Positions 51,353-60,490 of a DNA stretch of 64,000 bases are shown piece by piece (within the stretch, counting starts at the first letter, position 1; the number at the start of each line of letters is the position of its first letter). Both the position numbers and the translations under genes were made by a program. The DNA is from a virus: the IMG/VR virus record IMGVR_UViG_3300012039_000001. One strand, written 5' to 3'. The notes below the pieces were generated by a model. That model searched no databases and was not told the DNA's origin. It saw only the letters and a list, made by a program, of their open reading frames with translations.

Positions 51353-52182
51353 TGACGGAATTTTTGACTAAACCTAGAATTGAGTTAATAGGAAAATCTG
51401 TGTTTGATATAGATGGTTTAATGAAATTTCTTGATTCATCTGGATTTGAATGGCCAGAATTTCAAAAAAAATTAGATAGCAATATGGATCTGGGGGACCA
51501 TGACAACGAATACTTAATAGAATTCGGAGGACGAAACTGCTACCAAAGCTGGCCCAAAAAAGGAGGAGAACTTAAAGGTCGAACACACGAACAGCACATA
51601 AAACATTTAATAGAGGTAGGCCACGGAAGCTGTCTTGAGCATTCCACATTCAACTTCCAAATCTGGAACGTCTCCCGTAGCCTAACCCACGAACTTGTAA
51701 GAACGAGGGTTGGCGTCGCGTATAGCCAGCTTAGTCAGAGGTACGTAGATTCTTCTAATATCAATTTTATTGTCCCCCCGGCTATTCTAGAACTAGAAAA
51801 AGTAAACCAGCAAGCTGTAGAAAAATGGAAGCAATTCTGCTTACAATCAAGAGATTTATACGAAGAACTTACTTCTGACTTAATGGAATTATATAAAGAT
51901 ATTGAAGATAAAACGGAGAAAAGGAAAAGAAGTAGAGAATCAGCAAGAAGTGTACTTCCAAACTGCGCGGAAACCAAAATCATGGTCACTCTAAATGGTA
52001 GATCGGTAAGAACATTAATGGAATTGCGTGGATCACAGGGGGCAGACAGAGAGATAAGAATGTTGGCAGTAGAAATGTTTAAAATAATGGAAAGAGATTT
52101 TCCTTTAATAGTTCATGGTATGTCTATTATTAAATTGCCAGATGGCTCAGAAGGTATTGAGAGTAAATTTAGAAAGGTATAA
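51352..52182 (+). CDS. thyX: FAD-dependent thymidylate synthase ThyX
   Basis: 'HGSCLEH' and the ThyX signature region 'THELVRTRVGVAYSQLSQRY' (a variant of RHRxxSxxxxSxRY). 276 aa. Confidence 0.85.
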   Translation: MTEFLTKPRIELIGKSVFDIDGLMKFLDSSGFEWPEFQKKLDSNMDLGDHDNEYLIEFGGRNCYQSWPKKGGELKGRTHEQHIKHLIEVGHGSCLEHSTFNFQIWNVSRSLTHELVRTRVGVAYSQLSQRYVDSSNINFIVPPAILELEKVNQQAVEKWKQFCLQSRDLYEELTSDLMELYKDIEDKTEKRKRSRESARSVLPNCAETKIMVTLNGRSVRTLMELRGSQGADREIRMLAVEMFKIMERDFPLIVHGMSIIKLPDGSEGIESKFRKV

Positions 52183-52187
52183 TTAAA

Positions 52188-52400
52188 ATGGAAAACAAAT
52201 ATTTAACATGCGGTATTTCTAGCAATTGTAAATTAAAGGTAAATTTAATTTCAAAAGAAACAAATATGATAGGATTTAATTTTACTTCAGGAGATAATCA
52301 AGACATTCACACATCTATTACGATTCACGGAATGAATAAAAAGACTATAGCACAGCTACAAGAGCAGTTAGAATATGTCAAATCAGAATTAACGTGTTGA
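52188..52400 (+). CDS. hypothetical protein
   Basis: 70-aa ORF. Confidence 0.45.
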   Translation: MENKYLTCGISSNCKLKVNLISKETNMIGFNFTSGDNQDIHTSITIHGMNKKTIAQLQEQLEYVKSELTC

Positions 52401-52409
52401 AAGGTATTT

Positions 52410-52667
52410 ATGAAAATCGACAAAAAAGATTGTATAACAATAAAACAATTTAAAGCAATGTTATCTTTGTTTGACGAGAACTTACCAGTTATAGTAAGTA
52501 AATTTGTAGATAGGCACCCTTTTGACGGAGAGGGAACAGACATGTCTGGAAATGAGCCAATTCCTTTTGTGAGAGATATGTTAACGGCAAGAAAGATAGA
52601 TCATGGAATGGATAATAGAGTTGATTTTGAACACTTAAATATTGATACTGGAAGTGGGTATTTTTAA
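52410..52667 (+). CDS. hypothetical protein
   Basis: 85-aa ORF. Confidence 0.45.
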   Translation: MKIDKKDCITIKQFKAMLSLFDENLPVIVSKFVDRHPFDGEGTDMSGNEPIPFVRDMLTARKIDHGMDNRVDFEHLNIDTGSGYF

Positions 52668-52684
52668 AACAAAGGATCTCCTAT

Positions 52685-52942
52685 ATGATGACGGAAGATA
52701 TTAGAAAAGTTGATACTTTTAATTCTTTGAAAAAGGAATTGAATAAAAATGGTTTATTTATAGATATTGATGATATGGGGCATAGATTTGTTGTTGGCCA
52801 GAATAAATATAAAGACAAGTGGGAAAATCTTATAGAGAAATTAGAAGAAGAAGCTCCGGTAGCTCTTTTTGATACTACACAAGAAGTAAAAGCTTTCGCT
52901 ATTGGCTTTACCGTGGGTAACAATAAAAAGTGGAAATACTAA
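52685..52942 (+). CDS. hypothetical protein
   Basis: 85-aa ORF. Confidence 0.45.
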   Translation: MMTEDIRKVDTFNSLKKELNKNGLFIDIDDMGHRFVVGQNKYKDKWENLIEKLEEEAPVALFDTTQEVKAFAIGFTVGNNKKWKY

Positions 52943-52943
52943 A

Positions 52944-53330
52944 ATGTTAAAATTTGGAAGTTTTCCGTTTTTGGAGTGTAGTTCAAAAGGAGATAAAAGA
53001 TTCTCTGCTTTCTATGCTAAAATAAGATCTAGAGAAAATAAGTCAATAGAAGAAATTTATCAAAGTAGCAAGATATTTAAAACCAGACATGGAAATAATT
53101 TTAGATATATTGAGTATTGGAGAGACGCAAAAGGGCTAGAACCCATTAATAAAATAGAGATACGAAAACTATATTCAAATCTTTGGGATGAATATTTTGA
53201 AGAAAATTCTCAACTATTAGATATTATCAAAGAGTTCAATGGATTTAGTGATATATTCGGTCAGAAAGGACATTGTTGTCAAGCAGAAGAAATTTGGAGG
53301 ATAAAAAATGAAAAAGAAAATAATGTTTGA
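52944..53330 (+). CDS. hypothetical protein
   Basis: ATG 52944 lies 1 nt after the previous stop (MLKFGSFPFLECSSKGDKRFS...). Confidence 0.5.
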   Translation: MLKFGSFPFLECSSKGDKRFSAFYAKIRSRENKSIEEIYQSSKIFKTRHGNNFRYIEYWRDAKGLEPINKIEIRKLYSNLWDEYFEENSQLLDIIKEFNGFSDIFGQKGHCCQAEEIWRIKNEKENNV

Positions 53331-53619
53331 TGATGAAATATATCAAGAATATAAAAGAGGATCTTCTGTCAAAGAGATAATGAAAGAATATGGTATAAGT
53401 CTAAAAAAGTTTTTGAAGGAAGTCCATAAAGAAGGAAAATATTGGTTTTGTCCTTTTCTTTTTAACCAAAAAAAATTATCATACACAGCAGTAGAAGAAA
53501 TAGAAGATTTTATAAAGAAAAAATTAGATAAAAATGTTAATATAAGTAAAATTTATTATAAAAATGGCAAAAAAAAGATATGTATGGAGTTTGAAATAAA
53601 TGAAAAAAATAATTGTTAG
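53308..53619 (+). CDS. hypothetical protein
   Basis: 103-aa ORF. 'SVKEIMKEYGISLKKF' is possibly an HTH. Confidence 0.5.
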   Translation: MKKKIMFDDEIYQEYKRGSSVKEIMKEYGISLKKFLKEVHKEGKYWFCPFLFNQKKLSYTAVEEIEDFIKKKLDKNVNISKIYYKNGKKKICMEFEINEKNNC

Positions 53620-53857
53620 TTTAATAATGATGTGTTTTATTGTTGGATGCGCAGAAAAAACAGAAGAAAAAGCTCTCTTTAAAGAAGGAGATGTTCTAAA
53701 ATTTAAAATTAGTGGCGAAACTTGTCAAGTTATAAATTGTGATTATTATTCTAAATATCCATACAGAATTAGATGTTCTTCAAAAGAATTAATACCGTCA
53801 TTATTTTGGGTAAGAGAATTTGAAATAGAAAAAATAAATGAAGACAACAGTCGTTAA
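53600..53857 (+). CDS. putative lipoprotein
   Basis: 'MKKIIVSLIMMCFIVGC' is a signal peptide with a lipobox-like IVGC. Confidence 0.55.
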   Translation: MKKIIVSLIMMCFIVGCAEKTEEKALFKEGDVLKFKISGETCQVINCDYYSKYPYRIRCSSKELIPSLFWVREFEIEKINEDNSR

Positions 53858-54428
53858 TCTAAAATACGAAAAGGGAGACATTAATTGTGGCCGTCCTAGT
53901 AAATGGGGGAATCCTTATATAATAGGTAAAGATGGCGATAGAGAAGAAGTATTACAAAAATATAAAAAATATCTATTTAACGATCCTGATTTAATAATAG
54001 AAGCAAGAAAAGAATTAAAAGACAAGGTTCTTGAGTGTTATTGTAAACCGTTAAAGTGTCACTGTGATTTACTAGCCTATTTGTGCGACATAAAAATATA
54101 TGCGGTTGTTGGATCTAGAAATTTTAATAGTTTTGATATACTAGAAAATGAGTTAAATAAATATAAAATAAAGTTAGTAGTAAGTGGTGGTTGTAAAGGC
54201 GCAGATATATTAGCTAAGAAATATTGTGAAAAATATAAGATTCCAATAATAGAAATATTACCTAAGTGGGATAAGTACGGGAAAAGAGCAGGTTTGATTA
54301 GAAACCAAAAAATAATAGATTTATGCGATACGTGTATAGCGTTTTGGGACGGTAAATCTAAGGGAACAAAACATGATATAGATTTGTGTAAAACAAATAA
54401 TAAAGAATTAGAAATAGTGTATATATAA
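53838..54428 (+). CDS. DUF4326 - SLOG (DUF2493/YspA-like) fusion protein
   Basis: N-terminal 'CGRPSKWGNPY...YKKYL...CYCKPLKCHCD' (DUF4326 pattern). C-terminal 'VVGSRNF...VVSGGCKGADILAKKY...WDKYGKRAGLIRNQKI...AFWDGKSKGT' (SLOG/DUF2493 pattern). Confidence 0.65.
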   Translation: MKTTVVNLKYEKGDINCGRPSKWGNPYIIGKDGDREEVLQKYKKYLFNDPDLIIEARKELKDKVLECYCKPLKCHCDLLAYLCDIKIYAVVGSRNFNSFDILENELNKYKIKLVVSGGCKGADILAKKYCEKYKIPIIEILPKWDKYGKRAGLIRNQKIIDLCDTCIAFWDGKSKGTKHDIDLCKTNNKELEIVYI

Positions 54429-54447
54429 CTAACGCTAGGGGCTTAAT

Positions 54448-55062
54448 TTGATCAGAAAAAACGAAAATTGTTGTGAAAGATCGTGCGATCCTGAAATATA
54501 TATTGATCAAAATGATCAATTACTATCTAATAGAAAATTACTCATATCGGGCGAAATAAATGATCAAATAGCAGATTATATCAATACAAGTCTTCAAGTG
54601 TTAGCATCGTCGGACGAACCAGTATATATTTACATTAATTCCCCAGGAGGGGAAGTGTCTGCGGGATATAGCATAATAGACCAAATGGAGCTTTCCCCTT
54701 TTGACGTTGTAACAATAGTAAGAGGTCAAGCTGGTTCTATGGGAGCAATAATAGCAATATACGGAGATAAGAGATATATAACAAGAAACTCGACAGTAAT
54801 GATTCATTCAATGATTATTGAAAATATATCTTCAGATATAAATAGCTGTGAAAAAATAATTAAGCATCTTAAAAAAACATATGATAGACAAATCAATGAT
54901 ATATGTAAAAGGATAAAAATATCAAAATCAAAATTGTTAAAATTATTAAAAGATACACATTGGATGGAAGCGGAAGAGGCTATAAAAATAGGTTTAACAC
55001 ACGGAATATGGACCAAGGAAATGGAAAAAATATCTAATGATAAAAAGAAGGATAACACGTAG
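54448..55062 (+). CDS. clpP: ClpP-family serine protease
   Basis: 'IYINSPGGEVSAGYSIIDQM' and 'GQAGSMGAIIA' (catalytic Ser context), then 'VMIHS' (His). TTG start, with no in-frame ATG near the 5' end. Confidence 0.8.
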   Translation: MIRKNENCCERSCDPEIYIDQNDQLLSNRKLLISGEINDQIADYINTSLQVLASSDEPVYIYINSPGGEVSAGYSIIDQMELSPFDVVTIVRGQAGSMGAIIAIYGDKRYITRNSTVMIHSMIIENISSDINSCEKIIKHLKKTYDRQINDICKRIKISKSKLLKLLKDTHWMEAEEAIKIGLTHGIWTKEMEKISNDKKKDNT

Positions 55063-55534
55063 TTATTATAATTATTTTTACAACAACACATTTAAAATGA
55101 TAAAATCTATATCTAGAAAATTCTCTAAAAATCCCTTTCAATATAATTCTTATTTTAATATAGGAATAAGCGAGCTAATGTATTCTATGATACATTTTGA
55201 CCCAAGAATAGCATCTTTTAATACATATTTATATAATAGAGTATCTGGGAAGATAAAACATTTGATAAGAAAAGAAACTATAATAAAAGATAGAGAAGGT
55301 AATATAGAAAAAAACTATACTGAACATAGAGAAAAAAATGATGATAAAATTCTTATAGAAGAGATATTTAACTTGTTAAACAACGAAGAAAAAATGGTTT
55401 TAAAAATGTATTATATAGAAAATAACACTCTTCAGGAGGTGTGTGACAAGACAAATATTTCTGTATCTAATATTTATAATATAAAAAACAGAGCTATAAA
55501 TAGAGTCAGAGAAAAACTTGGAATATCATTATGA
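55037..55534 (+). CDS. sigma-70-family RNA polymerase sigma factor (group 4-like)
   Basis: Region 2-like 'FNIGISELMYSMIHFDP...FNTYLYNRVSGKIKHLIRKE' and region 4 HTH 'LQEVCDKTNISVSNIYNIKNRAINRVREKL'. The longer start at 55037 is kept because the region 2.1-like segment lies upstream of ATG 55097. Confidence 0.7.
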   Translation: MIKRRITRSYYNYFYNNTFKMIKSISRKFSKNPFQYNSYFNIGISELMYSMIHFDPRIASFNTYLYNRVSGKIKHLIRKETIIKDREGNIEKNYTEHREKNDDKILIEEIFNLLNNEEKMVLKMYYIENNTLQEVCDKTNISVSNIYNIKNRAINRVREKLGISL

Positions 55535-55737
55535 AAGAAAAAATATTTAATGCAATAGAAGAACTAGCCAAAGAAAATCAATCTAAGGCTATAGTCAGAA
55601 AAGATGGACCTAGTGATAAGCCATATTGTATATATTCTAAAGATGGTAAAAATTTAGGTTGTTATTCCTCTAAAGACAGTGCTGAAAAAAGATTAAAAGA
55701 AATAGAAATGTTCAAGCATATGAAAGAAAACAAGTAA
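55531..55737 (+). CDS. hypothetical protein
   Basis: 68-aa ORF with ATGA overlap to the sigma gene. Confidence 0.5.
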   Translation: MKEKIFNAIEELAKENQSKAIVRKDGPSDKPYCIYSKDGKNLGCYSSKDSAEKRLKEIEMFKHMKENK

Positions 55738-55755
55738 TTTTATAAAGGTGTATTT

Positions 55756-56271
55756 ATGAAGAAAATTTTAACATGCGTATTGGTATTATTAAGTTGTACG
55801 GACTGTGTAATGTTACAACCGCCTCAAGATGCCGCTAAACTAAGTAATCCATCATTGGTTTTTGAAAAAACTAGTAGAGGAGTTAAATTTCTTGCTGGAA
55901 CTGATTTCCAAGGAAAGCTAAAAGCTGATTATTTACCAGCAACAGGAGAATTACATATAGACACTGAAGTTAAATCAGATCCAAGTCCAGTCGTAGAAGC
56001 AGAAACTAAAAGAGCGGCAGAGATGTTCAAGTTTTATGAAGTTAATGCAGCGGCTCACGTAGCAGATACTCAAGCAGTTACGGGAATGATGAACTCTTTG
56101 ATATCAAGTATTCCAAACTTAATTGGAGCTATTTCTAAACCACAATCACAATCTGCTCCGTCTGACGGCGGATTAGGAGCCATAATTTCCAAAAACCAAA
56201 CGTCTATATTTGACGGATTAACAGAAGAACAAAAACAAGCTTTGGCTAAGATTTTATTAAATACAAAATAA
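55756..56271 (+). CDS. putative lipoprotein
   Basis: 'MKKILTCVLVLLSCTDC' is a signal peptide with a lipobox-like LLSC. Confidence 0.55.
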   Translation: MKKILTCVLVLLSCTDCVMLQPPQDAAKLSNPSLVFEKTSRGVKFLAGTDFQGKLKADYLPATGELHIDTEVKSDPSPVVEAETKRAAEMFKFYEVNAAAHVADTQAVTGMMNSLISSIPNLIGAISKPQSQSAPSDGGLGAIISKNQTSIFDGLTEEQKQALAKILLNTK

Positions 56272-56283
56272 TTGGAGTAAAAT

Positions 56284-56700
56284 ATGAGAAATTTTATATT
56301 AGTATGTATGATGTTGTTATCATTCACCGGATGCTCTACTTTAAAGTCTTTTTCAAATGAAAATCCAGAAACTACAAAATTCGTAGTAAAAACTACCGTT
56401 AAACTTATTTTGGAAGCTAACGAGGATAAAAATCTTAACTTAGTAGAAATAGAAAGTAATTTAAAATTAGCTAGATTGATAGTTTCTAATAGCGAGAATT
56501 TCGATGCCTCAAAATTAAAAGAAATGCTAGGAAACAGAATTGATGATAAAAATGTTAAGTTTGTAACAAATTTATTAATTGATTATGTTAATGATAAAGC
56601 TAACCAATTTAAAGATAAGACTTCGGCTATGATAATATCTATTATAGATGGAGTGCTATATGCCATAAGAGATTATCAATTAACACACATTAAAACATAA
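56284..56700 (+). CDS. putative lipoprotein
   Basis: 'MRNFILVCMMLLSFTGCST' is a signal peptide with lipobox FTGC. Confidence 0.6.
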   Translation: MRNFILVCMMLLSFTGCSTLKSFSNENPETTKFVVKTTVKLILEANEDKNLNLVEIESNLKLARLIVSNSENFDASKLKEMLGNRIDDKNVKFVTNLLIDYVNDKANQFKDKTSAMIISIIDGVLYAIRDYQLTHIKT

Positions 56701-56709
56701 GGACAAAAA

Positions 56710-57480
56710 ATGAGATATAAATCGCCTGGGTTTAAAAGAAAATTTTCTATAAAAGAAAATATGGTTTTGATATGTTTCTCATTAGCAGCATGTTTCTCTC
56801 TTCTTTCTTCTATTTGTATGCTTCCAATTTTTAATCATTATGAACCAGATATATATAAAGAAATAATATCTCCAACAGTTAAAATAACCACAGATGGAGA
56901 AGGAACTGGAGTAATAATAAAGAAAGAGAAGATATTTGAAGACAAAGAAACTGGAACATCATATACAGATCCAAAGTTTATATATTTTATACTTACAGCA
57001 AAACATATTCCAGAAGATGGTTATTTAAATATTGTATCGTTCTTAGACAAAAACAACAATATGCATAATATAGAATTGGCCGAAGTATATGCAACCTCTG
57101 AAGATGAAGATATTTCAATCTTGAAGCTAAAATCAAATATAGATATAGGTGAAGAAGTCTTGATTCCTGAAGATGATAATAGAGATATCATTAAAATAGG
57201 AGAAGAAGTATTTTCTTATGGTTGTCAAAACGGGTTTTATCCCTTTTTGACTACTGGAGTTGTTTCTCAATTTGATAAACATGGAAACATATTAGCTTCT
57301 CCTCCAATAACACCTGGAACAAGTGGTTCTGGTCTTTTTATAAAACATAATAACAAATATTACTTGATAGGAATAGCTAGTAAAATAGCTTGTATTGAAG
57401 AATTTATACCGATATATCATATGGGGGTTTATTCTCCTTTAGATAAAATCAAACAGTTTTTAAAGGATAGTGGAATTTAA
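56710..57480 (+). CDS. membrane-anchored trypsin-like (S1-type) serine protease
   Basis: N-terminal TM helix. 'LTAKHI' (His), 'DISILKL' (Asp) and 'TPGTSGSGLF' (Ser) lie in chymotrypsin-fold order. Confidence 0.65.
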   Translation: MRYKSPGFKRKFSIKENMVLICFSLAACFSLLSSICMLPIFNHYEPDIYKEIISPTVKITTDGEGTGVIIKKEKIFEDKETGTSYTDPKFIYFILTAKHIPEDGYLNIVSFLDKNNNMHNIELAEVYATSEDEDISILKLKSNIDIGEEVLIPEDDNRDIIKIGEEVFSYGCQNGFYPFLTTGVVSQFDKHGNILASPPITPGTSGSGLFIKHNNKYYLIGIASKIACIEEFIPIYHMGVYSPLDKIKQFLKDSGI

Positions 57481-57481
57481 T

Positions 57482-58024
57482 ATGGATAGATTATGTTGGG
57501 AAGACTACTTCATGATACAGGCTTTATGGGCAAGAACTAGAAGTCCTGATTCTAGCACACGTCATGGAGCTATTTTAGTAGACAAATACAATAGAATAAT
57601 AGGACAAGGATATAATGGTTGGGCAAGAGGAGTAGATCACAAGAAAATGCCCAAAGATAGACCAGAAAAATATCCACCCATACTTCATAGCGAAGAAAAT
57701 TGTATAGCTAATTCAACAGGAGATTTGGAGGGATCAACTCTTTATGTAAGTGGCCCTCCCTGCACGCATTGTTGGGCGAATATTATTCAACATAGAATCA
57801 AAAAAGTTGTTTATGGTCCAATTGGTTTTCCAGAAGATAGCGCTTATGCAGATATAAATAACGGAAATTTTCCACAAGTTGTATTAGATATGCTTGAAAA
57901 TCAAAACATTGAAGTGGTAAGATGGATACCTGGAGATATTGATTTGATTAGGAAACAGTTTAAACATACAGACGCAATGTTAAAATCAGTTTTCTGTTTA
58001 GAAAATGAAGAAAGAGAAGAATAA
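57482..58024 (+). CDS. dCMP deaminase
   Basis: 'WEDYFM..A...A.RS.D..T..GA.LV', 'HSEENCI' (HxE) and 'PCTHCWANI' (PCxxC). 180 aa. Confidence 0.85.
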   Translation: MDRLCWEDYFMIQALWARTRSPDSSTRHGAILVDKYNRIIGQGYNGWARGVDHKKMPKDRPEKYPPILHSEENCIANSTGDLEGSTLYVSGPPCTHCWANIIQHRIKKVVYGPIGFPEDSAYADINNGNFPQVVLDMLENQNIEVVRWIPGDIDLIRKQFKHTDAMLKSVFCLENEEREE

Positions 58025-58034
58025 GGAGAAAAGA

Positions 58035-58685
58035 ATGAAGATCAATAAAATTATACTTCCAATCATTGCAGCATTAGGTCTAGTTACATTTTCTATAGGA
58101 CAAGTCATTCCAGGAGATTCTTCTAGTTATCCATCAATAAGAATTAATAACTCACCACATAATCTTAATAATTATCCTGGTATCAATATACCTGGAAACC
58201 AAATATGCTTACCATGCCATATTCCACATAATGCACAAGCTCCAGAAGCAGGACAGAGAAATCTTTTATGGAATCACGCTGCCACGAATCAAACATTTGT
58301 CATGTTTAGTAGTTCAGCAGGACAACCACAGGGAACAAGCAAATTATGTTTAAGCTGTCATGATGGTGTAACAGCTATTGATAGTTATGGTGGTACTATT
58401 GGGAATACAACTATCACAGGAACAGCTAATCTTGGAACAGATCTTTCAAACGATCATCCAATTGGAGTTGAATATCCTACAACTCGCATTGGTCAAAGCT
58501 GGAATAGTCCAGATACTTTCGGCCCTGGAATTAATGGAAGTTCTGGGATTAGATTAGTAACAGTTAATGGAGTAAAAAGAGTGGAATGTAATTCTTGTCA
58601 CAATCCACATAATAATGGTTTGGGAAATTTTTTAAGAGTACCTATCCAACAAAGCTATCTCTGTCTACAATGTCATATTAAATAA
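58035..58685 (+). CDS. secreted tetraheme c-type cytochrome
   Basis: AAGGAG RBS followed by signal peptide MKINKIILPIIAALGLVTFSIGQ. Four CxxCH motifs (CLPCH aa 58-62, CLSCH 105-109, CNSCH 185-189, CLQCH 210-214) in 216 aa. Confidence 0.8.
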   Translation: MKINKIILPIIAALGLVTFSIGQVIPGDSSSYPSIRINNSPHNLNNYPGINIPGNQICLPCHIPHNAQAPEAGQRNLLWNHAATNQTFVMFSSSAGQPQGTSKLCLSCHDGVTAIDSYGGTIGNTTITGTANLGTDLSNDHPIGVEYPTTRIGQSWNSPDTFGPGINGSSGIRLVTVNGVKRVECNSCHNPHNNGLGNFLRVPIQQSYLCLQCHIK

Positions 58686-58701
58686 CTATTGAAAGAAAAT
58701 T

Positions 58702-60474
58702 ATGTCAGAAATTAAGAAATACAATCCAGATGGTTTCTCTTTACAGATTTTTAAAGATAGATACGCCCTTCATCCAAACGAAACATTTGATCAAGCATGT
58801 AAAAGAGTATCTGATTTTATAGCTAGTGCAGAAGAAGGGGAAAAAATAAAACACTTCTCTGACAGGTTTTATGATATACTTTCTACTAATCGTTTTTCTC
58901 CAGGTGGTAGAATATGGAGAGGTTCTGGTAGAAAGAAAAGTGCGTGCATGAATTGTTTTGTTTTGCCATCAGAAGACTCTAGAGAAGGATGGGGAGAATT
59001 AATAAAGAATGTAACAATTATTAGTGGACTAGGCGGTGGGATAGGAATATCTTTTGATAATATAAGACCAAGAGGAACAGAGATAAAAGGCACTGGTGGA
59101 GTAGCTACTGGTGCTGTTTCTCTTATGAAAATAATCAATGGTGTATGTAATGAATTAAGAGAAGGAGGTGGTCGTCGCAGCGCTCTACTATTCAGTCTCT
59201 CTTATCATCATCCAGACATAGAAGAATTCCTTTCAGTTAAATTAGACAAACACGAGTTAAACAATGCTAATATAAGTGTTCTTGTAGATAATAAATTTTT
59301 CAGCTTAGTAGAGCAAGATAAGGATATAGAACTTAAATGGCAGGATAAAACAATAAAATCAATAAGAGCAAAAGCAATATATGAAAAAGTAATAGAAAAT
59401 TCTCTAATAACTGGAGATCCTGGTTTCCTTAACATAGGTAATGCAGAAGATCATAATAATCTATATTCTTGTCGAAAATTTACATCAACAAATCCTTGCG
59501 GAGAACAATTCTTAGCTCCATATTCAGTTTGTTGCCTAGGAGCATTAGTTCTTAGCTCGCACGTAAAAGATAATGGAGAAATGGACTGGTCTCTTTTAGA
59601 CGATACAGTTAGACTTGGTGTTAGATTTTTAGATAATGTAATAGATAAAAATGAATATCCGTTGCCAATAATAAAAGATTCTTCTCAGAAAGAAAGAAGA
59701 ATAGGTCTTGGCATAATGGGTCTACATCATATGTTAATAAAAATGGGCATAAAATATAGCTCAGAAAAAGCATTAGAAATAACAGAAGAAGTAATGTCTT
59801 TTATAAAAAAGAAAGCCTATGATGCTAGTATATTTTTATCAGTAGAAAAGGGACAATTCCAACTTCTAGATAGGCAAAAATTTGTGGAAAGTGGATTTTG
59901 CAAAAAATCTTTAACTCCATCTATAAGAAAAAAGATAATAGAGTACGGAATAAGAAATTCTTTCTTATTGACAATTGCACCTACTGGTACAACTTCTATA
60001 GTAGCAGGTTGTAGTTCAGGAATTGAGCCAATATTTGCTCCAGTGTACGAGAGAAGATTTAATCAACATAAAGATTTTCATTCAACCATGACGAATAAAT
60101 CTAAAGAAATAGTTATTGATCCATTGTTAAAACAGTTTATAGAACGCAAAGAAGATATAACTAATTTCGAAGGAAGTCATGATATAAAACCAGAAAGACA
60201 TTGTGAAATCCAGGTAGCGTGCCAAAAACATCTGGATAACGCCGTGTCAAAAACAATAAATCTTCCTTCATCATCCAACGAAAAAGATTTATCGGATATT
60301 ATCCTAAAATATATTAGAAATTTAAAAGGCATGACAATATACAGAGACACTTCTAAAGGAGAAAGTCCGCTAATGCCTTTGCCAAAAGAAGAGGCGGAAA
60401 AATATATAAATCAAATAGGGACTTCGGTACAATCTACGGACAACTCGTGTCCTGGTGGTCGTTGTGAGGTCTAA
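58702..60474 (+). CDS. nrdJ: class II (adenosylcobalamin-dependent) ribonucleotide reductase
   Basis: 590 aa. 'STNPCGEQ' active-site Cys loop, 'TIAPTGTTS', 'VSKTINLP' and the C-terminal redox pair 'CPGGRCEV'. No R2 subunit or NrdG gene nearby. Confidence 0.9.
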   Translation: MSEIKKYNPDGFSLQIFKDRYALHPNETFDQACKRVSDFIASAEEGEKIKHFSDRFYDILSTNRFSPGGRIWRGSGRKKSACMNCFVLPSEDSREGWGELIKNVTIISGLGGGIGISFDNIRPRGTEIKGTGGVATGAVSLMKIINGVCNELREGGGRRSALLFSLSYHHPDIEEFLSVKLDKHELNNANISVLVDNKFFSLVEQDKDIELKWQDKTIKSIRAKAIYEKVIENSLITGDPGFLNIGNAEDHNNLYSCRKFTSTNPCGEQFLAPYSVCCLGALVLSSHVKDNGEMDWSLLDDTVRLGVRFLDNVIDKNEYPLPIIKDSSQKERRIGLGIMGLHHMLIKMGIKYSSEKALEITEEVMSFIKKKAYDASIFLSVEKGQFQLLDRQKFVESGFCKKSLTPSIRKKIIEYGIRNSFLLTIAPTGTTSIVAGCSSGIEPIFAPVYERRFNQHKDFHSTMTNKSKEIVIDPLLKQFIERKEDITNFEGSHDIKPERHCEIQVACQKHLDNAVSKTINLPSSSNEKDLSDIILKYIRNLKGMTIYRDTSKGESPLMPLPKEEAEKYINQIGTSVQSTDNSCPGGRCEV

Positions 60475-60490
60475 TTGAAAGTAGTTATAG

